64,000 bases of DNA from Microthyrium microscopicum. Lineage: Eukaryota. The position numbers were made by a program, and so were the translations under genes. The notes under the pieces were generated by a model, which saw only the letters and a list, made by a program, of their open reading frames with translations, made no database searches and was not told where the DNA came from. Positions 1 to 14,241 of the stretch are shown in pieces. The stretch spans positions 1,563,122-1,627,121 of the forward strand of contig MU004233.1 in the NCBI GenBank assembly GCA_010405405.1, read 5' to 3'. Each line of letters begins with the position of its first letter. The stretch's first letter is position 1.

Positions 1-1992
1 CATGATTGTTGCCGGAAATCGTGGACTAGCATGACTGCTCGCAGAGCGAGGAGTTCCAGTTGAAGTTCGAAATCTTGGAGAAGATGCCTGCGACATGTTG
101 TCGCTGTTGCTCGGAGGCTCCGGTCCTCCTGCAACATCTTTAATGTCTTCACGCATAAGAAAATCTTCATGCTCACTGAGCTTTCCAAGAGCAAGGACCA
201 GCAAAACAAGAGCATTGTTGAGAGAGTGCTCTATGGCTCTTTTGGGGTCAGCCGATTCTCCTGGGTCAGAATCTTCCATCTGGGAGTGGGATCTTTTCAT
301 GCCTCCATAGGTTGGAGACATTGCGGATTGCGGCGGCTGTGGAGGAGTATATGGTTTGCTATCAGGAGGGCCGTATCGATGTATAAAAGTCGCAACTTGA
401 GACTTCAACTTTGCAGCGTGGAAGATGGGGTATGTTACCCACACATTCCGCATGTAACTATCATGTAGTCGTTTGACAGTACTCTCATCAAGTCGTAAGG
501 AACCATTTGGGTTTGCACCACCTTTGTTGAATGCGTCTAGTCTCAACAACTTGCTGAAGCCATCGTTGTAGACTTTGTCATGCTCTGCTTGCTCGTAAGT
601 ATCCTGAAATACCTGATCTTGACCAGACCAGCCGAAACCATATAGTCGCGGTACTCCTCGCGCGATTTCCAAGTCGTAAGGATATTTTTCGTCCTTCACT
701 TCAGCCTGGTCAAACCATACTCGGATTCGTGGAATCTGGATTAAATGCTGAGCGCCAGTTATGTGAACTCCCGGTGCTTGTTCTTTAACCTGGCCATCGT
801 CCACCGAAACTGAAGCAAGTCGAGTCTCCAGAGCATGTCGCACAGGAGATGCACTCACTGCTCTCCTGTCAACCGATTGGAGGTTAAGAATTTCTACGAG
901 TGCTGATCTCATCATGTCCGGAAATGATTCTTTGAGAGCCTTGACTTCGTCTTGTAGCGCCTTGATTTCATCTTGTACGACAAGAAAGTTCTTGTCCAAT
1001 CTGAGGAACTTTTAGTCAAGTCACGGAAATGTCTGCATCATACATACTTTGGAGGTGCCACATTCCGATACTCACAAGTAATATTTTCCTGCTGACAATA
1101 GCTACAAGCTGGAAAATTCTCGTCACACTTCTGTTTTCGATGTCTACAATTATTGCACGCCTAAGCCGAGGTTAGCCTCATATCGCTTTCTAAATGATGC
1201 AAAACTGACCACATGCGCCCTCGTGTGCTTCTTCGCCGGATTTCCTCGCGGAGGTCTCCAGTTTGGATCATTTGGATGATACATTCCCGGAGGAGGATAA
1301 CTGGCATGCTGTTGATATCCTGGCGGTGGGGGCTGAACGAATTGCTGTTGTGCTGACTGAACAGGATGGTATCCTGGCGGAGGAACGCCATTTGGACCAC
1401 GCAATGGAGTAGATGATCCATTGACTGGTGCTTCCAACGGTGGTCCATATGCTGATAAAGGAGCTTGTGGCTGCTCCATTCCAGGATGATGTTCCATAAC
1501 TGGAGGTGCGCCGGCAGGCGCAGTCTGCTGTCGTTCAGTTCCAGAGCTTGAAGGCCGGCTATGAGGTGGACCAGATTGGATACCTCGAGAGTGGGATGTT
1601 CCTAACGGTCCATAGCCTGGTCGGGCCTCTCCGGGAGGGAGATAGCCACTAGCAGGAGGAGCGGATGCCGAGTGTCCTGGAGATGGTAGAAGAGGTCCAG
1701 AGGGAGGGGGAAGAGTTGCTGATAGAGGGCCTTGATGGGGGATGGCCACGGATATTGGCGCACCACGCGAGATAGAAGCTTGCTGTGGTGGATAAGAGTC
1801 GGGGTGAGGCTGATATGCGATGGAAGAACCAGATGCAGATACAGGTGCAGGTACAGCAGCAAGCGTTCCAGGCGCTTGGGGCGGAGGGTGAGGTGGGTGA
1901 GCAAGTGAATGAAGTGGAGACGGGCGAGTAGATGTAAGAGGATGGGCGTCCAAGTCCAGGCGGGGACGTTTTGTCTCAAGATCACGGCCCAT
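1..1992 (-). CDS. Zn(II)2Cys6 (GAL4-type) fungal transcription factor, 3' end beyond the left edge. Exons 1992-1210, 1160-1048, 1000-<1
   Basis: Pro/Gln-rich exon 1 starts MGRDLETKRPR. Intron 1209-1161 (GTCAGT..GCTAAC..TTAG) joins it to ACNNCRHRKQKCDENFPACSYCQQENITC, a canonical 6-Cys binuclear cluster. Intron 1047-1001 (GTATGT..CAG) leads to a coiled-coil (QDEIKALQDEVKAL) and an open frame to base 1 containing NNALVLLVLALG. Confidence 0.92.
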
Positions 1993-4900
1993 GGTTACTA
2001 TAGAGCCAGGGCCATGTGTCTTGATTGAATCACGTAGGCCGGATATCTGGATGCTTGATTGAGTGGTGCCGTGGTGGCGATGGGACGCGGGCATCCAGTT
2101 AGCCAAAAGAGACAAGGCTACGGCGAACAGACACTGGCTTCCAGGACCGCGGACAAAACAACAAGCGTCATTGGCGCGCGGAAGTCAAGCCCAGCAGACA
2201 AAAGGTGCCGGAGGAGGCTGGAGACGAGGATGATGGACGTAAAGCAAGTCGTCGTCGAAGGTCGAAGCAAGAACAACAGGTCTGTAGAATATGGGGGTCC
2301 CCGTGGAGCAGCTAGCTAATTGAGCATGGGGATGGGGGAGGGGGCAATGGGAGAGGGGAGTGGGATGCTTTGGAAGGGACGGGATGTGCGTTAAGGGTTC
2401 AGATGACCCTTGAACCCGGGAAGATGAGCAGCAGCAAGCAGCAAGCGCAAGTTCAATGATTAAAACAGAAATGCCAAGAACTAGTCGAGAAGAGAGGTCT
2501 GAGAGACGGGACCAAAGAACGACGGCCAGAAACACAGCCAGCCGGTTGGGACAGGGGGGGATGCGGCCACGCACTGGTCAATTCAGTGCTAGAGTAGTAG
2601 CAGCACGGAATACGGTCGGGTCGACGCAAGAATTGACGATGGCGACTCGCGAGATTTGATGCTGATGACACTATTACAGTAATAATGGGGCAAGTTGAGT
2701 CAAGCTTGAACCTTGAGTTTGGAGGCGAAGAGCTCGGATATGATGGCCCCAATAACAAAGTGGATAATTGCAGCGAGGCGGGACTCTGGAGTGGTTCGCA
2801 AAATGGGGAATGCTCCAATCCAATGTGGATGTGGAGAGAGAGCTTCTGTAAGAGTCTGAGCACTCAGCAAGCGGGCAAGCGGGCAAGCCTGTCGTTGGGT
2901 GATCAAATTCGGAAGTTGATTCAACCTTTGGCGTGCCTGATGATCTCTGGTCAAGAACTTAATCAACAAGCAGAGCGCAAGTCTGGAAGTCAGACTACGG
3001 GTTCTAGTTCAGGAACTAGAGTGAGAGTAAGAGGTCGTCAGGTTCACCGGCAGTGCGCACCGGAGTCGTGATGAGATTGATGAACTGGAGAAGATCGAGT
3101 TAAAGCACACAGAAAGGCTCAAAGAAGCAAGTAAGGTTGTTGAGCAGTTGAAACTACTGCGAAGGATTTATGGAGAGCAGCAGAGTGCAAAGAGGCGTGG
3201 TTGGCTGAATGTGGGATTTTAGTTTTGGTGGGCAATTAATCGGCCATGCGACATTGCAATTTGCAATTCAAAGGTTAAAACTCCAGGTCAAGCACCAAGT
3301 CCAAAGCAAAATTATTCAAGCAACAACACCACAAGATCACGCTTGTACGCTGTATTGTCGACCCCAGCAAACGTCTAAGCTTCTTCCACAGGGCCATCCG
3401 GTCAAAGCACAATCCCAGGTTCAAATTCCCAAAGCGGAGACACCACTGCTTACAGCATGTTCAAAGCTCTGCGCCTCTCCGAAAAAATACGGCGCTTGGT
3501 AAGCTCTTGGTAGAGAGGTCTGACGTGCCTCAGTTCAGTAGAGAGGAATTAAATCATCTCTTGCGGTATTGTGCCACGCTTCCAAGCAATAGTACAGCGC
3601 GGTTGATATCAAGCCTTTAGACGAGCAACGGCCGCGTTCATACTTGCAACTGGCAACCCACAACGCTTGCAAACCACTCAGGTTGGACAGCACAGAGCGC
3701 AATCATTCTATCCATCTCTTTTCAGCTTTACAGGCCATATACCGCACACGCTGCACAAGGCCAACGCCGGCTTGAGAAAGGTACTACTTTAGTGTTTTCT
3801 AGAAAAAGGCCCTGCAGCTGGCAGGTACTGCCGGGATCTCAGAGGTGCCCAGGAGCCGGATCGCAAAGAGGCTTGAGACGGCGGCGAGCTAAATCCCCAG
3901 CGCAAAGTATAGTCCCAACCTCAAATTGTCCACAGCCAGTAAAGCTTCACCATGAGGGTGTGAATCGTATACACTAGCAACTTCTTGGTTGACCCAGCTC
4001 TCTAGCACTCCTTAGCAGCGAGAAAACGGGCGGAAGCTGGCACGGCTGGCAAGCTCAAAGCTGGGTGCGGGACTTGGTTCTCTCATGCTCTGTGCCAGAC
4101 TCTAAATCTCCGGCCCTTTTTACAAGTACGAAATAATACTAGTAACCGGGTAGTAGTTGAGTGCTATGGCTGATCGCCGTCGGCTGGTACGGGTACCTCC
4201 ATCTCCACGATAAAAGTTCAGAAATTGGTGCTAGATGCCGCGTTCAATTCATTTTTACAGGCCTCCAAAACTCTATATTTCCGAATCTAGGATGCGATAT
4301 AGACAAGACTGTTTTTCCCAGGTGCAGCACGGCAGTCCTTTGGGCACAATTTCGTCTGCAACCTCGCAACCTTGCAAAAGAAGGATGCAGAGTTGCAGAC
4401 AGACGATGCAAAACACCTCCGGAGAAAAGACCCAGCAAGATGACAGGTTGAAGTGCGTCCAAAAAGAAGCGTCAAAAAGAAGCAACTTAACGGTCTGCAA
4501 GCTTTAAGGTATTCCACAACCAAGGGACTGGGATACCAAATACGAGCGCGCAGATTCCAATAAAGCCTGGTGGTGTGAATAATGTGCCTGACTTCCGCGG
4601 CCATTTTCTTTTTGACACGAATATACCCCGGCTAGTTTCAAATCCATCTCCAATGCTCCAACAAATTTGCATGTTCGAACCACCAACTCACTCTGAAATA
4701 TTTCGTGTCAACTACGTCAAATAGTAACCTGTTAATTTGACAGCTAGTCTCACCACTAGCCAGTTAACCACGGCATCTTAAGATATGGCAATCTCGTAGA
4801 GAGCTGGCTGAAGACGTTACGTAGGAGGTATCACTACAACCCCCACAAGGTCATTTTGCGGCAAAGACCGGTATAGATACACTTGATAATAGCCCCTCAT

Positions 4901-7900
4901 TGCTGAAACTAGGACACAAGAATATTCTAGATCTCAGCCAGTGATCTCACATTCCAGCATCATGCTATGACCGGTGATGGCGTGTGTGGCGTTGAACTGG
5001 CAGAGCCCGCGGCAGCTGAACAACTTCCTGCAACGCTCGAACAGGTCCAGAGGCAAACCACTTAATAGCAAGATTGCGAACTATCGTAATTGCTTAACCT
5101 TGACCAGTAGCAGTGCTTTCCTTGGATCGTTCTCGAAGCCTTCGCTAAATAGTTCACGATACTGACTCTTGATACACCGGCGTACCCCAAATTCCCAAGC
5201 AATCGTTGAGCCACGACGCCGGAACTCTGCTAGCGCGTGTATGACGATAGTTAATCAAGGGGTACACGATGGTAAATCTACGGCAGCCTCCGCTTGATAT
5301 CCAACTATTCTACGAACGGGGCGCCTGTGGCATACGCCTTGATTCGGCTGGGTCGGCACGCTCAACAGTCTGGAAACCAGTGAAATTGTCGAGCCTTTGC
5401 AGCGGGAACTGGTTTAGCATTGATAGTGCAAACCCGAAGCAGCGGTGAACGTGCGTTCCAAAGCAAAAGCTCTGGAGGAAACTAATCATAACCTCAACAA
5501 AAGCTGAATATGGCGTAGGAGGAGGCAACTGTGGGGCTGGATAGTAACCGAAACTGCAAAACCGCGAAAGAAATTGCCTGGTGGAGGCGGTTACTTGGAA
5601 ATGGAAATGACCTGACGAATAATATGTCGTAGACCTCAAGGTACACGACGGCGATGGCAATTATGGGGGCAATTCTTACCATAGTTACATGAACGGTACC
5701 ACGAACACTTTCACCGGAGTACTTTCCTCACTGATTGTTGGCTGTCTACGCGCATGAAGCATGAAGTTGTGCTGGTACACAGCTGGTAGATTGTCTGAAT
5801 GCGAACATTACATCCTCAAGAAGTGCAACGTTGAAAGTTATGCGACAACGGCTTCGGGACCATCCATGGTCACGAATACATGGGTGCTACTCAAGCGGTG
5901 AGCAAAGATTTGCGGTCAAGCACCTCCGAAGACAAGACAAGTATTACCACCATCGTTACGCAGATTGTTTGGAAGCAATTTGAACAGCTGTTTCACGAAT
6001 AATACTCCAACTTTGATACATTCTGTACAGAAAGGATGAATTGAGTAATTCGCAAACGACATATAGCTCCATCTCTATGTGATGTGATCCGATATACGGT
6101 ACCTGTAAACATCTGAAAGAATTTCGTCTAGATGACACGAGTCGAATTCAATATGCCCCTTGATACACGGTGACAGTTCCATTACCAGATAATGCCTTCC
6201 CAGTTGTAGGTCCCATTTTCAATGAAGTTACGGTCCAGTAGCTCATCCAGCTGTAAACGTTGAACAAAAAGCTTCGTCGTTCCAAGGGGTTGGTTACTGG
6301 GAATGATGGAACCAGATTCGTGGTTGATGTCAACGATTAATCTTCATTGGACGCCTAATAATTGACTTTTGCTTAGTAGTTAGGTGTCGATGCGAGGTGG
6401 CGCCAGGGATATGCTGTCTGGCAAATTGATCTCGCGATTTCACCATGTTTTGCTTCTTTCGTTATTCCCATCACGATGGAGAAACAGACTCTATCCAAGC
6501 AGCCGGTAATCTTACGGCCGAGCCAGTTCAAGCCATCTCAGTCGAAAGCGAGACATCGGAACCAGATACAGACCTCAAATGATAATATGAATGTCACCTA
6601 ATTCCCCGGCAGCTATTGAATATCGAAAGTTTGGACGATGGAGAAAGTTGGTAAATACAGCTGTCGCGTTCCTTCTCACTACGCGAAACGATAAGGTAGG
6701 TACCAGCTTGACATTCAGAAACTCGGAATCTTGCCGTTATCTGCCAAGCTATCTTGACAATCCGTTGACGCAAACAATGTCACTTACGCCGCGCATTCAA
6801 GTGTGTGTGACTTGCAAGGCTCAAAGCACTCACAGCTGACCTCAAATTGACCACTTTCGCAACCTTCCAGATAAAGGACGAATCAGCGCTGGGATTTTGT
6901 GAAAATGCTCCTAGCGCCATTGGCTGCCTGCAAAAATCTAGCGATTATTATTGGCTACGTTTCTCAGACGAGTCAGGCAAATTATCTCTCAGTGCTGAAT
7001 GGACGTGCAAAACAATTTCGTGGTTCCTTTAAGCTTTGATCATATTGCCCGTTTTCTCGTCCGTCGGACAACTCTCGGTACAGGATCAGAGTCAAGATTT
7101 CCAGCGTAAAACTTACAAGAGACGAGATGGTGGACCAAAGTTGTAGGGAGTTCTCTTTGACTCGACGCAACTTGCAAGTGCTCGCGCCGTAGCGAGTCAC
7201 GATATTGATGAATTTCAGTCGCTAAGGTAAATGGCGGGTAAATTCGGGTGATATGTTCAGTCAATGCTAACAAAGACCAGGCGATGACGAGGATTCTAAC
7301 CCACAAATGGTCTCAGGTCTCATTAAGGTTTGTCAATAACTGGTCGAGACTATTGTGAAAACTATTCATGTCTGCTATCGCTACCTATCTGCCACGCAGT
7401 GACTGGAAATTAAGAGCGTTCAGTACCCTCAAATAGTATCTTTTATATTGACTTGAGGCATTGACCAGTCGTCGCATGTCATTGATGTAGCACTCGATAT
7501 AAAATCGTGGACGGCTACGCGTTTGGCCTTCGCCATACATCTAAATTGTGCTAAGCTAAGAGCAGCTCCGCTGGATCTTTAGGCTTGCTACCACAACACA
7601 TAGTATGAAACTAGTTCCACAATGTTCTCCATCTGAAGCTTAATTGCCACGAGTTACCGGATATGAGTGGAAACTAAAGTACCCACCGCTCCGGTATGCT
7701 CACCACGTGCTGTGTTTCCATATTTCTGAGCAGATAGAATTACCAATATGTACTTAATGTTTAGTGTGACGTTTATCCATTATTGGGGCGATAAATATAC
7801 TACTCCACGCTTGGAGACTATCTTCTCTCACCGTGAAACGCTATCCGATGCCTCGTGACTTTAAATCTCCTGCGGAATGCCAGGCTAACAATGCAAGGAC

Positions 7901-8099
7901 ACGGAGATTCAACTGGGGACCGTTAGCAGCTCAGATTCTACTCATATCTTTTACGCGTTTTCTAGCCAGATGTAGATTAGGATGCATTAGCGCTTAGATC
8001 TATAAGTATTAGATAAGGATAATGCGTTATATACAAATTTCCCCTATATAGCTTTTTATACTATAATCTTATAGTATCTTAAACCTATCTCTATTAATT

Positions 8100-9330
8100 C
8101 TAACCTAAAATAGATACTATTAAAGATAATAATATTAAGATAGCTATACTTAGTATTCTAGTAATATTACTTTATAAGCTACTAGAAGAAAAGCAATAAG
8201 AGGGTAAATATAGGCCTATAATTAAGTACTACTACTTTAATTAGAATCTTAAGAATAAATTTAGCTAGATATATAAAGTTAAATATTAGTATACTACTAG
8301 ATTAGCTTAAAATAATACTTATAGTATTAATTAGTATATAATAATTTTAAAAAATATAAAATATAAATATTAGTAAAGAAGCTAGATCTTAATAATATTC
8401 TCTTACTATATTAAATTATACCTCTAAATAAATAGTATTTCCTATTTTATATAGTATACTATAGACTTACTTAAATTTATACCTATATTAATATCTATTA
8501 GTACTTTAGACAAAATATAATATATATAAAGTTCTACTTTAACGTAATATTAATTTACTTATATAATAAATATATAGAGACGCTATTATAATTCTATCTT
8601 CTTCTTATAGTATTAAGATATAAATAATATACTAGGTCTATTAATTATACTAGTAGAGTACCTAAATTTTAGGGCTAGATTAATAGAACCTATATTAATA
8701 TTAGTAGACTAGAAGGCTACTAAATATAGTAGGAGTTTTATAATAGTTATAAAGAAAACTACTATATAAAAATATAAGCTATTACTATACTTAATAAGAT
8801 ATTACTAGTACTTAATTATAGCTACTTTAGATCCTTAAATAACCCTTTAATATTAATAAACTTAAGTCTTAAAGATAGAATTTAATAGATATTTAGTAAT
8901 AGTCTAAAAAAGCTATTATATAGCGACGCTATATATCTATATAATAATATAATTATTTTACTATACTAGGGCACTAAATTACTACTTTAGTAGTAGAATT
9001 TTAACTTTAAATAATCTAGATTCTATATTACTATTAAGTAGATATTTATAATATTAAAGAACTCTTAGTAAAAAAGTACGTTAAACTATTAACGTAATAT
9101 AAAGATAAGTTTAATACTTATTATCTATTATTAAACCATATTAGTATTACTTTAAAACTATTAAATAGCCTTATAGTAAAGAAATCTTATTAAGAGTTAA
9201 TTTATAATTAAACTACTAATAATTAATAAGTATTTAAACCCTAGTAGTATCTTTAATAACTAGATACTATTAGAATTACTTTAATGAGAGAATTTAAACA
9301 ATATAGAATAGTTATATATTTATTAAAAAT
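8100..9330 (+). pseudogene. RIP-inactivated Harbinger-type (DDE_Tnp_4) transposase, boundaries approximate
   Basis: One frame over 8667-8935 reads, after undoing G>A/C>T, FWGWIDGTH..GRP...QQEFYNGHK..H..KY..VTVPDG...G..ND..ML..SGL....LLYGDA.Y, the motif order of Harbinger/ISL2EU nucleases. Confidence 0.8.
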
Positions 9331-9399
9331 ATTAAAGTTATAGAGTAAAGTTAAATATTCTTACTAAAGAAAAGAAATTAATAAGGTAAGGTTAGCTAA

Positions 9400-11000
9400 T
9401 TATTTAACTCTTCTATATACTTTTAAAGCTTTTAGTATCTATTATAACATTTCTATAAAAACTAGATTCTATCTTTACTACTAATTTATATAAGAAACAC
9501 TAGCCTAACCTTTATAACTATAATTAACCTAAAGACTCCTTTAATAACTTCTTTATCTTCGTTATTTCTAAGCGTAATCTATTTACCTCTTCTCTTAGGT
9601 CTATAACTTTATCTCCTTTACTACTACTACTACTACTACTACTACTATTTATAAAATTATTAATAATACTACTACGCCATTTATTACAGTCTCTAAGAAC
9701 TTTAATAATTATATTAAATATTCTTATAATAACGTCTTTAGGTATATAAAATTATTTAAGCTTCTTATACTTTAAATATAGATCTAATTCTTAAGTAGTT
9801 ATTAAAATTAAAGAGCTAGGAATTATTAAAGGGATAGCGCTTATGCCTATAAGATTAGGCTATTTAATTATATTTTATACTCTAGCTAACGTTTCTATAG
9901 ATAATTCTTTAACGTTACTATTACTATCTAAGGAAATATTAATTAATAAAGTGCCTTTCTCTAAGAATTATTTAGTAATATTCTCGCAAGTTATAACGCT
10001 ATTATTTTTCTATATTCTCTTAGTTTTAGTAGTATCCTTTTTAGCTTTAATAATATTATTATAATAAGTCTATATGGGTTTAAATTAATTAAGAGCCTAT
10101 TAAAACTTATTATATAGAATATTATAGCCTAAAGGACTATCTCTCTCTACTATTTACTATAGAAGTACTCTTTCTACTATTACTATAATTAATAATCCTA
10201 AAGGTCCTTAATCCTAACTAAGATTCCTCTTTATTCTAAATAAGATAGAGATACTATACTACTACTACATCTTCTATTCTATTAGCACTTTACTACTAAT
10301 ACTACTATAACTATTAATCTTTTTTAAATAATACTATAATAACGTTATTAATAGTAGCTATCCCTAATTAAAGTTCTACTTTCTTCCTTTAATTAAAAAT
10401 ACTAGCGTTAAAGATATTAGAGTTATAAGAATAAGGAATTTAGGTATTAGCATAATAGAAACTACTTACTATAAAGAGGAGGGTAAATAAGGCTCTAGCT
10501 AGCTCTATAATAATAATATTAATATAAACTAATCTAAAGATAGTAGTATAGTGCTATTTTAGCGTATATCCCTATATTATGGTTAGGGCTAGAGATTCTA
10601 TAGCAGCAGTAGCAATATTTACTAAGAATTAGTCCTCTATAAATTTATAGTAAAGTTAAAGTTAGGATTCTAGCTAAAATATGCCCTACTATAAAGTATT
10701 TATATAAGAGTCATCTTATTAACGTTATAAGCTTTCTTAAATAACTCTAAATACTACGATTTTTATAGTTCTTATAATTCTAGCTATTCTTATAATTCTT
10801 ACTATTATAAAAGACGCTAGATTAACTCTACTAGTAAGGAATTAGTATTATTTAGTAAATATTATAAATTTAAAGACATACTAACGATATAGATAGATTT
10901 ATATAGTATTTTACTACTTATAGCTATACTAAAGATTTATTTAACTTTATTAACTTTAATAGCTTTAACACCTTTAAGACACACCTTCCTAATAATATTC
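9400..11000 (-). pseudogene. Probable second, convergent ORF relic of the PHIS element, unidentified
   Basis: Minus strand reads as long charged/coiled-coil-like sequence with a (TAG)n run at about 9619-9646 (RIPed CAG/GCA repeat). Frame continuity was not rigorously verified. Confidence 0.4.
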
Positions 11001-12438
11001 TTAAACCTATAGATCTATAAATTAATAGAATATTATTTAAATAGACATTAAGCTAGTCCTATCTTAGTGCCGCTAAACTACTTTAAGGAAGTTAGATTAA
11101 GCTCATGGTACCAAACCTTAGCTCTAGCGCCGTAAGCTCGTTCTAACCTACTAACCTATTTAGGTGAAGATCGCTAAACGAAAAGAGCAGAATCTGAGCT
11201 GCTAACGGTCCCCACTACTACCTACTGCAGTGCATAATTGCACCACTTCAGTATACTTCCGACATAGGATCGATCTCTTCCGACTGATTACAGCCCGCTT
11301 TTATATTTGATATCGCGCCATCTCCTGCTTAGGATTGCGCGCAATCTATCATCTGTCCGATTGCAATCACCTCCCTGATCAGTTTCGATAAGGTTTTCAA
11401 TCTTGTAAATCGAGATTGAGCGCCTGCTCATTATCGGAGCATTACTTTATGCAACAATCATTCCACACGTCAAACTTAGCTGAATGTCATTATTGCTTGG
11501 CAATGCTGAAGCAAAGCATTCAACATCACTTGACGCTTGGAACTGCATGAATATTAATGTGATTATTTCCCTTGTCGCTTCTGCATGTAACCGACCCACG
11601 CATATTGCGTTACTTCACATTCATGCTAACAATGCTCATAATCCAAAAAAAATATCGTTACACGCTGTCTTTGTGTTCACCGTTTCGCAAAAGCACCATA
11701 TCACATCTCAATACGGAGCTTTTGGAGCCAAGCAAATTGCCTGTCGTAACGAGTATGAATGCCATATTGATGCAGTTACAACATGCTTGAACGGCGTGAT
11801 AACCTTGCGCTGATCAACCGGGTTCGAGAGTGGTTTGTTGAAGGTTCTGCACCACCGCAGTAGATTTTCCCATGTTTCGTCCCTGTTAGCCAACCGCGTA
11901 AAGTCGGGTCCACACTATATGATCGCTACTTCATATGCGAAATGAACAGAATAGTCGTTGTACATTGCGTATTCTGCTCAACACGAGCTCAAATCGGCCT
12001 TGTCAGAAGCGAGCGCTAATCATCTGCCCTGTAACGAGTTGAGGCCCATACCTTCGGCAGCGGGCCATCCCATTCTTTAGCTTAATTCTCTTTCGGCCCT
12101 TTTATACAAGTCGTGAGTACGTACGACTCTGCTTTTATACTACACCGAATCAATGTATAGTATACTTCTTTAGTTTCAACTTGGGTCTTCGCTTGCCTTG
12201 CTAGTGCTTTGCGTTTGCAGCGGAGCTTGCTCCTGGAAATCCTTGAAGATAGGAAGGCACATCCTGCACGTAGATCTGAGGATTCACCCAGGGACCTGGC
12301 ATAGTTCACTGGCAAGGTCCTCCAAGAACCGGTGTTGCCGAAAAAGAACAATCAATTGAAAATTAGTTGAAGCCGCCAATCAAGTGATAACGATGGTCCA
12401 TAATGCGATGCACCAGCCTAAAAAATGCCGTTGTTATA

Positions 12439-14241
12439 ACGTAGGGGGATAGGATACTGGTAGGCATAGTAACTGGCAGCCCTACTACCTTAAAATTAAA
12501 TAGATCTAGATAACTTTAAACCACTGTAAATTAATTAAATAATGCTTAAATTTGATGATTTAAAATGAAATACTCTCTGGCTGATATAGCTAATGCTGTA
12601 GATTGATTCAAAAATGGAGAATTCGCTTTAGTTGCTACTTGCTCGTGGATTACTAGAATTCCTCGTGGAATGATTTAGAATAGACTAAATAGGGTATTAC
12701 CTTAAAAACTAGCCTATGGATCTTAGTAGAAAATGCTTCCTAATATAGAGAATTATCTTATAGACTAGATACTAGTAAAAGATCGTACTAGACATTTACC
12801 TACCTATGTACGTATCTATATCTTTGCTTAGGAAATACTTAAATCTGCTAGCCTGCTGTTTAATCTTAGTGAGAAATGGCATTAATACTTTATCAATAGA
12901 TATAATGAAGTTAAATTAGTTCTATTACGTAAAATTGATTTAGATCGTGTTAATAGATGTAATTTGACTATAATAAATAAGTTTTTTAATCGCTTAGAAG
13001 TAATTTAAAAGGAATATTATATTATACTAGTAAATGAGTATAATATAGACGAATCTAGCCTCTAAATAGGTGATATTAGTAACGAACGAGTTGTTATAAT
13101 ATTAAAATCTACTATAAAGTAAGTAGTAGTTAAAATGCCTACTAGAGTTAAATAGAATATTGCTTTAGAGATAATTTCTGCCCTTAGGGAATACCTTAAT
13201 CTACTAGTTATCTTTATAAGTAAATCTATATAGAGTACTTAGATTCTGAATTAATTCGATGCTAAGGATTATAAAGATTAGTGATTTACGTATTCTCAAA
13301 ATAGTTGGACTTCTAACGACATAGGCGTTTACTAGCTTTAGGAATGCTTTATACTATAAACTAAACCTTTTCGTCGTAAGACATAGCGTCTTTTAATCCT
13401 TGATAATTACGGATTATATTGTTCCTATCGCTTTATGCGTATTTATCTTGAAAATTAGATTATTTTGCTATATATTCTACTATATACTTCTCATATTTTA
13501 TAGCTACTAGATCTTAGCATATTTGGACTTGTTAAAATATTATATTGTTGCGAACTTAGCAAGTTTACTAGAATCTTTGATGAAGCTTTAATTCCTAAAG
13601 CTAGATTTATTGAAATATATTATAAAATCCGTCCTGAGGCTATCACGAAAGCTAACGCTTTGTTTGGCTTTAAAAAGGTAGGAATTTAGCCTTTAAATCG
13701 CGAAAAATCGCTCTTATCTTACTTTGTTAAGGAATCTAGACTAATAGAGACAACTACTACCCAAATTACTACTAGAGGACCTTTTGTTTCCTAGATTCTA
13801 AAGCTAATTGAGTAATTAGCGAGTAATTGTAATTATAAGGGGCAGATCTATGATTTGCAGGCTAAAAATTAGCGTCTTTAAGCTAAACTTTCCTACGCCA
13901 AAATATTGTTATCTACTACAGAATAAAGGATATCTTTAATGGAAGCTTTAAAGAAGCGTAAGAGGATAGATAAAATAGATTCTACTAAGAAACTACATAC
14001 TATACAGGAGTTTTTAGGTACTTAGGAGTTAGTACGCTTAGAGGCAGAGGAAGAGCGTAAAAGGGCTAAAAGGAGAGCCAAAAAGGTAAAGAAATAAAAG
14101 CCTAGATTTATAGCTATATAATGCATTTAATTTTATAATTATATCTTATGTTTTGGTTGTTTAATTGTGAAGTGAAGTAGTTTAGATTATTTGATTTGGG
14201 GTGCTAGTTACTATGCCTGCCAGTATCCTATCCCCCTACGT
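12439..14241 (+). mobile_element. Fot1/Pot2-like pogo (Tc1/mariner superfamily) DNA transposon, 1803 bp
   Basis: ~42-bp TIRs ACGTAGGGGGATAGGATACTGG(T/C)AGGCATAGTAACT(G/A)GCA. TA TSD at 12437-12438 and 14242-14243. Size is typical of the family. Confidence 0.95.
12565..14121 (+). pseudogene. Fot1-like DDE_1 transposase with RIP stop codons
   Basis: Starts MKYSLADIANAV. Raw motifs YNIDESSL (NMDE.G), WTSNDIG, RLLILDNYGLY (RLLILDGHGSH) and TSHIL*LLDLSIFGLVK (SHILQPLD.GVFGP.K). Confidence 0.9.

Larger units (their letters stand above)
7915..11213 (+). mobile_element. RIP-degraded PHIS (PIF/Harbinger-ISL2EU group, Pangu-like) DNA transposon, 3299 bp
   Basis: TIR GGGGACCGTTAGCAGCTCAGATTCT(A/G)CTC at 7915 and its reverse complement ending at 11213. 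The 3-bp direct repeat ACT flanks it (7912-7914, 11214-11216). Interior is AT-rich and TpA-saturated with a DDE_Tnp_4-like relic. Confidence 0.9.

Noticed and set aside
1993..2115. ORF-track N-terminal extension of the transcription factor from TTG 2115 / ATG ~2094
   Set aside because: The track start is a bacterial-style TTG. ATG 1992 is preferred, although the upstream in-frame ATG cannot be excluded.
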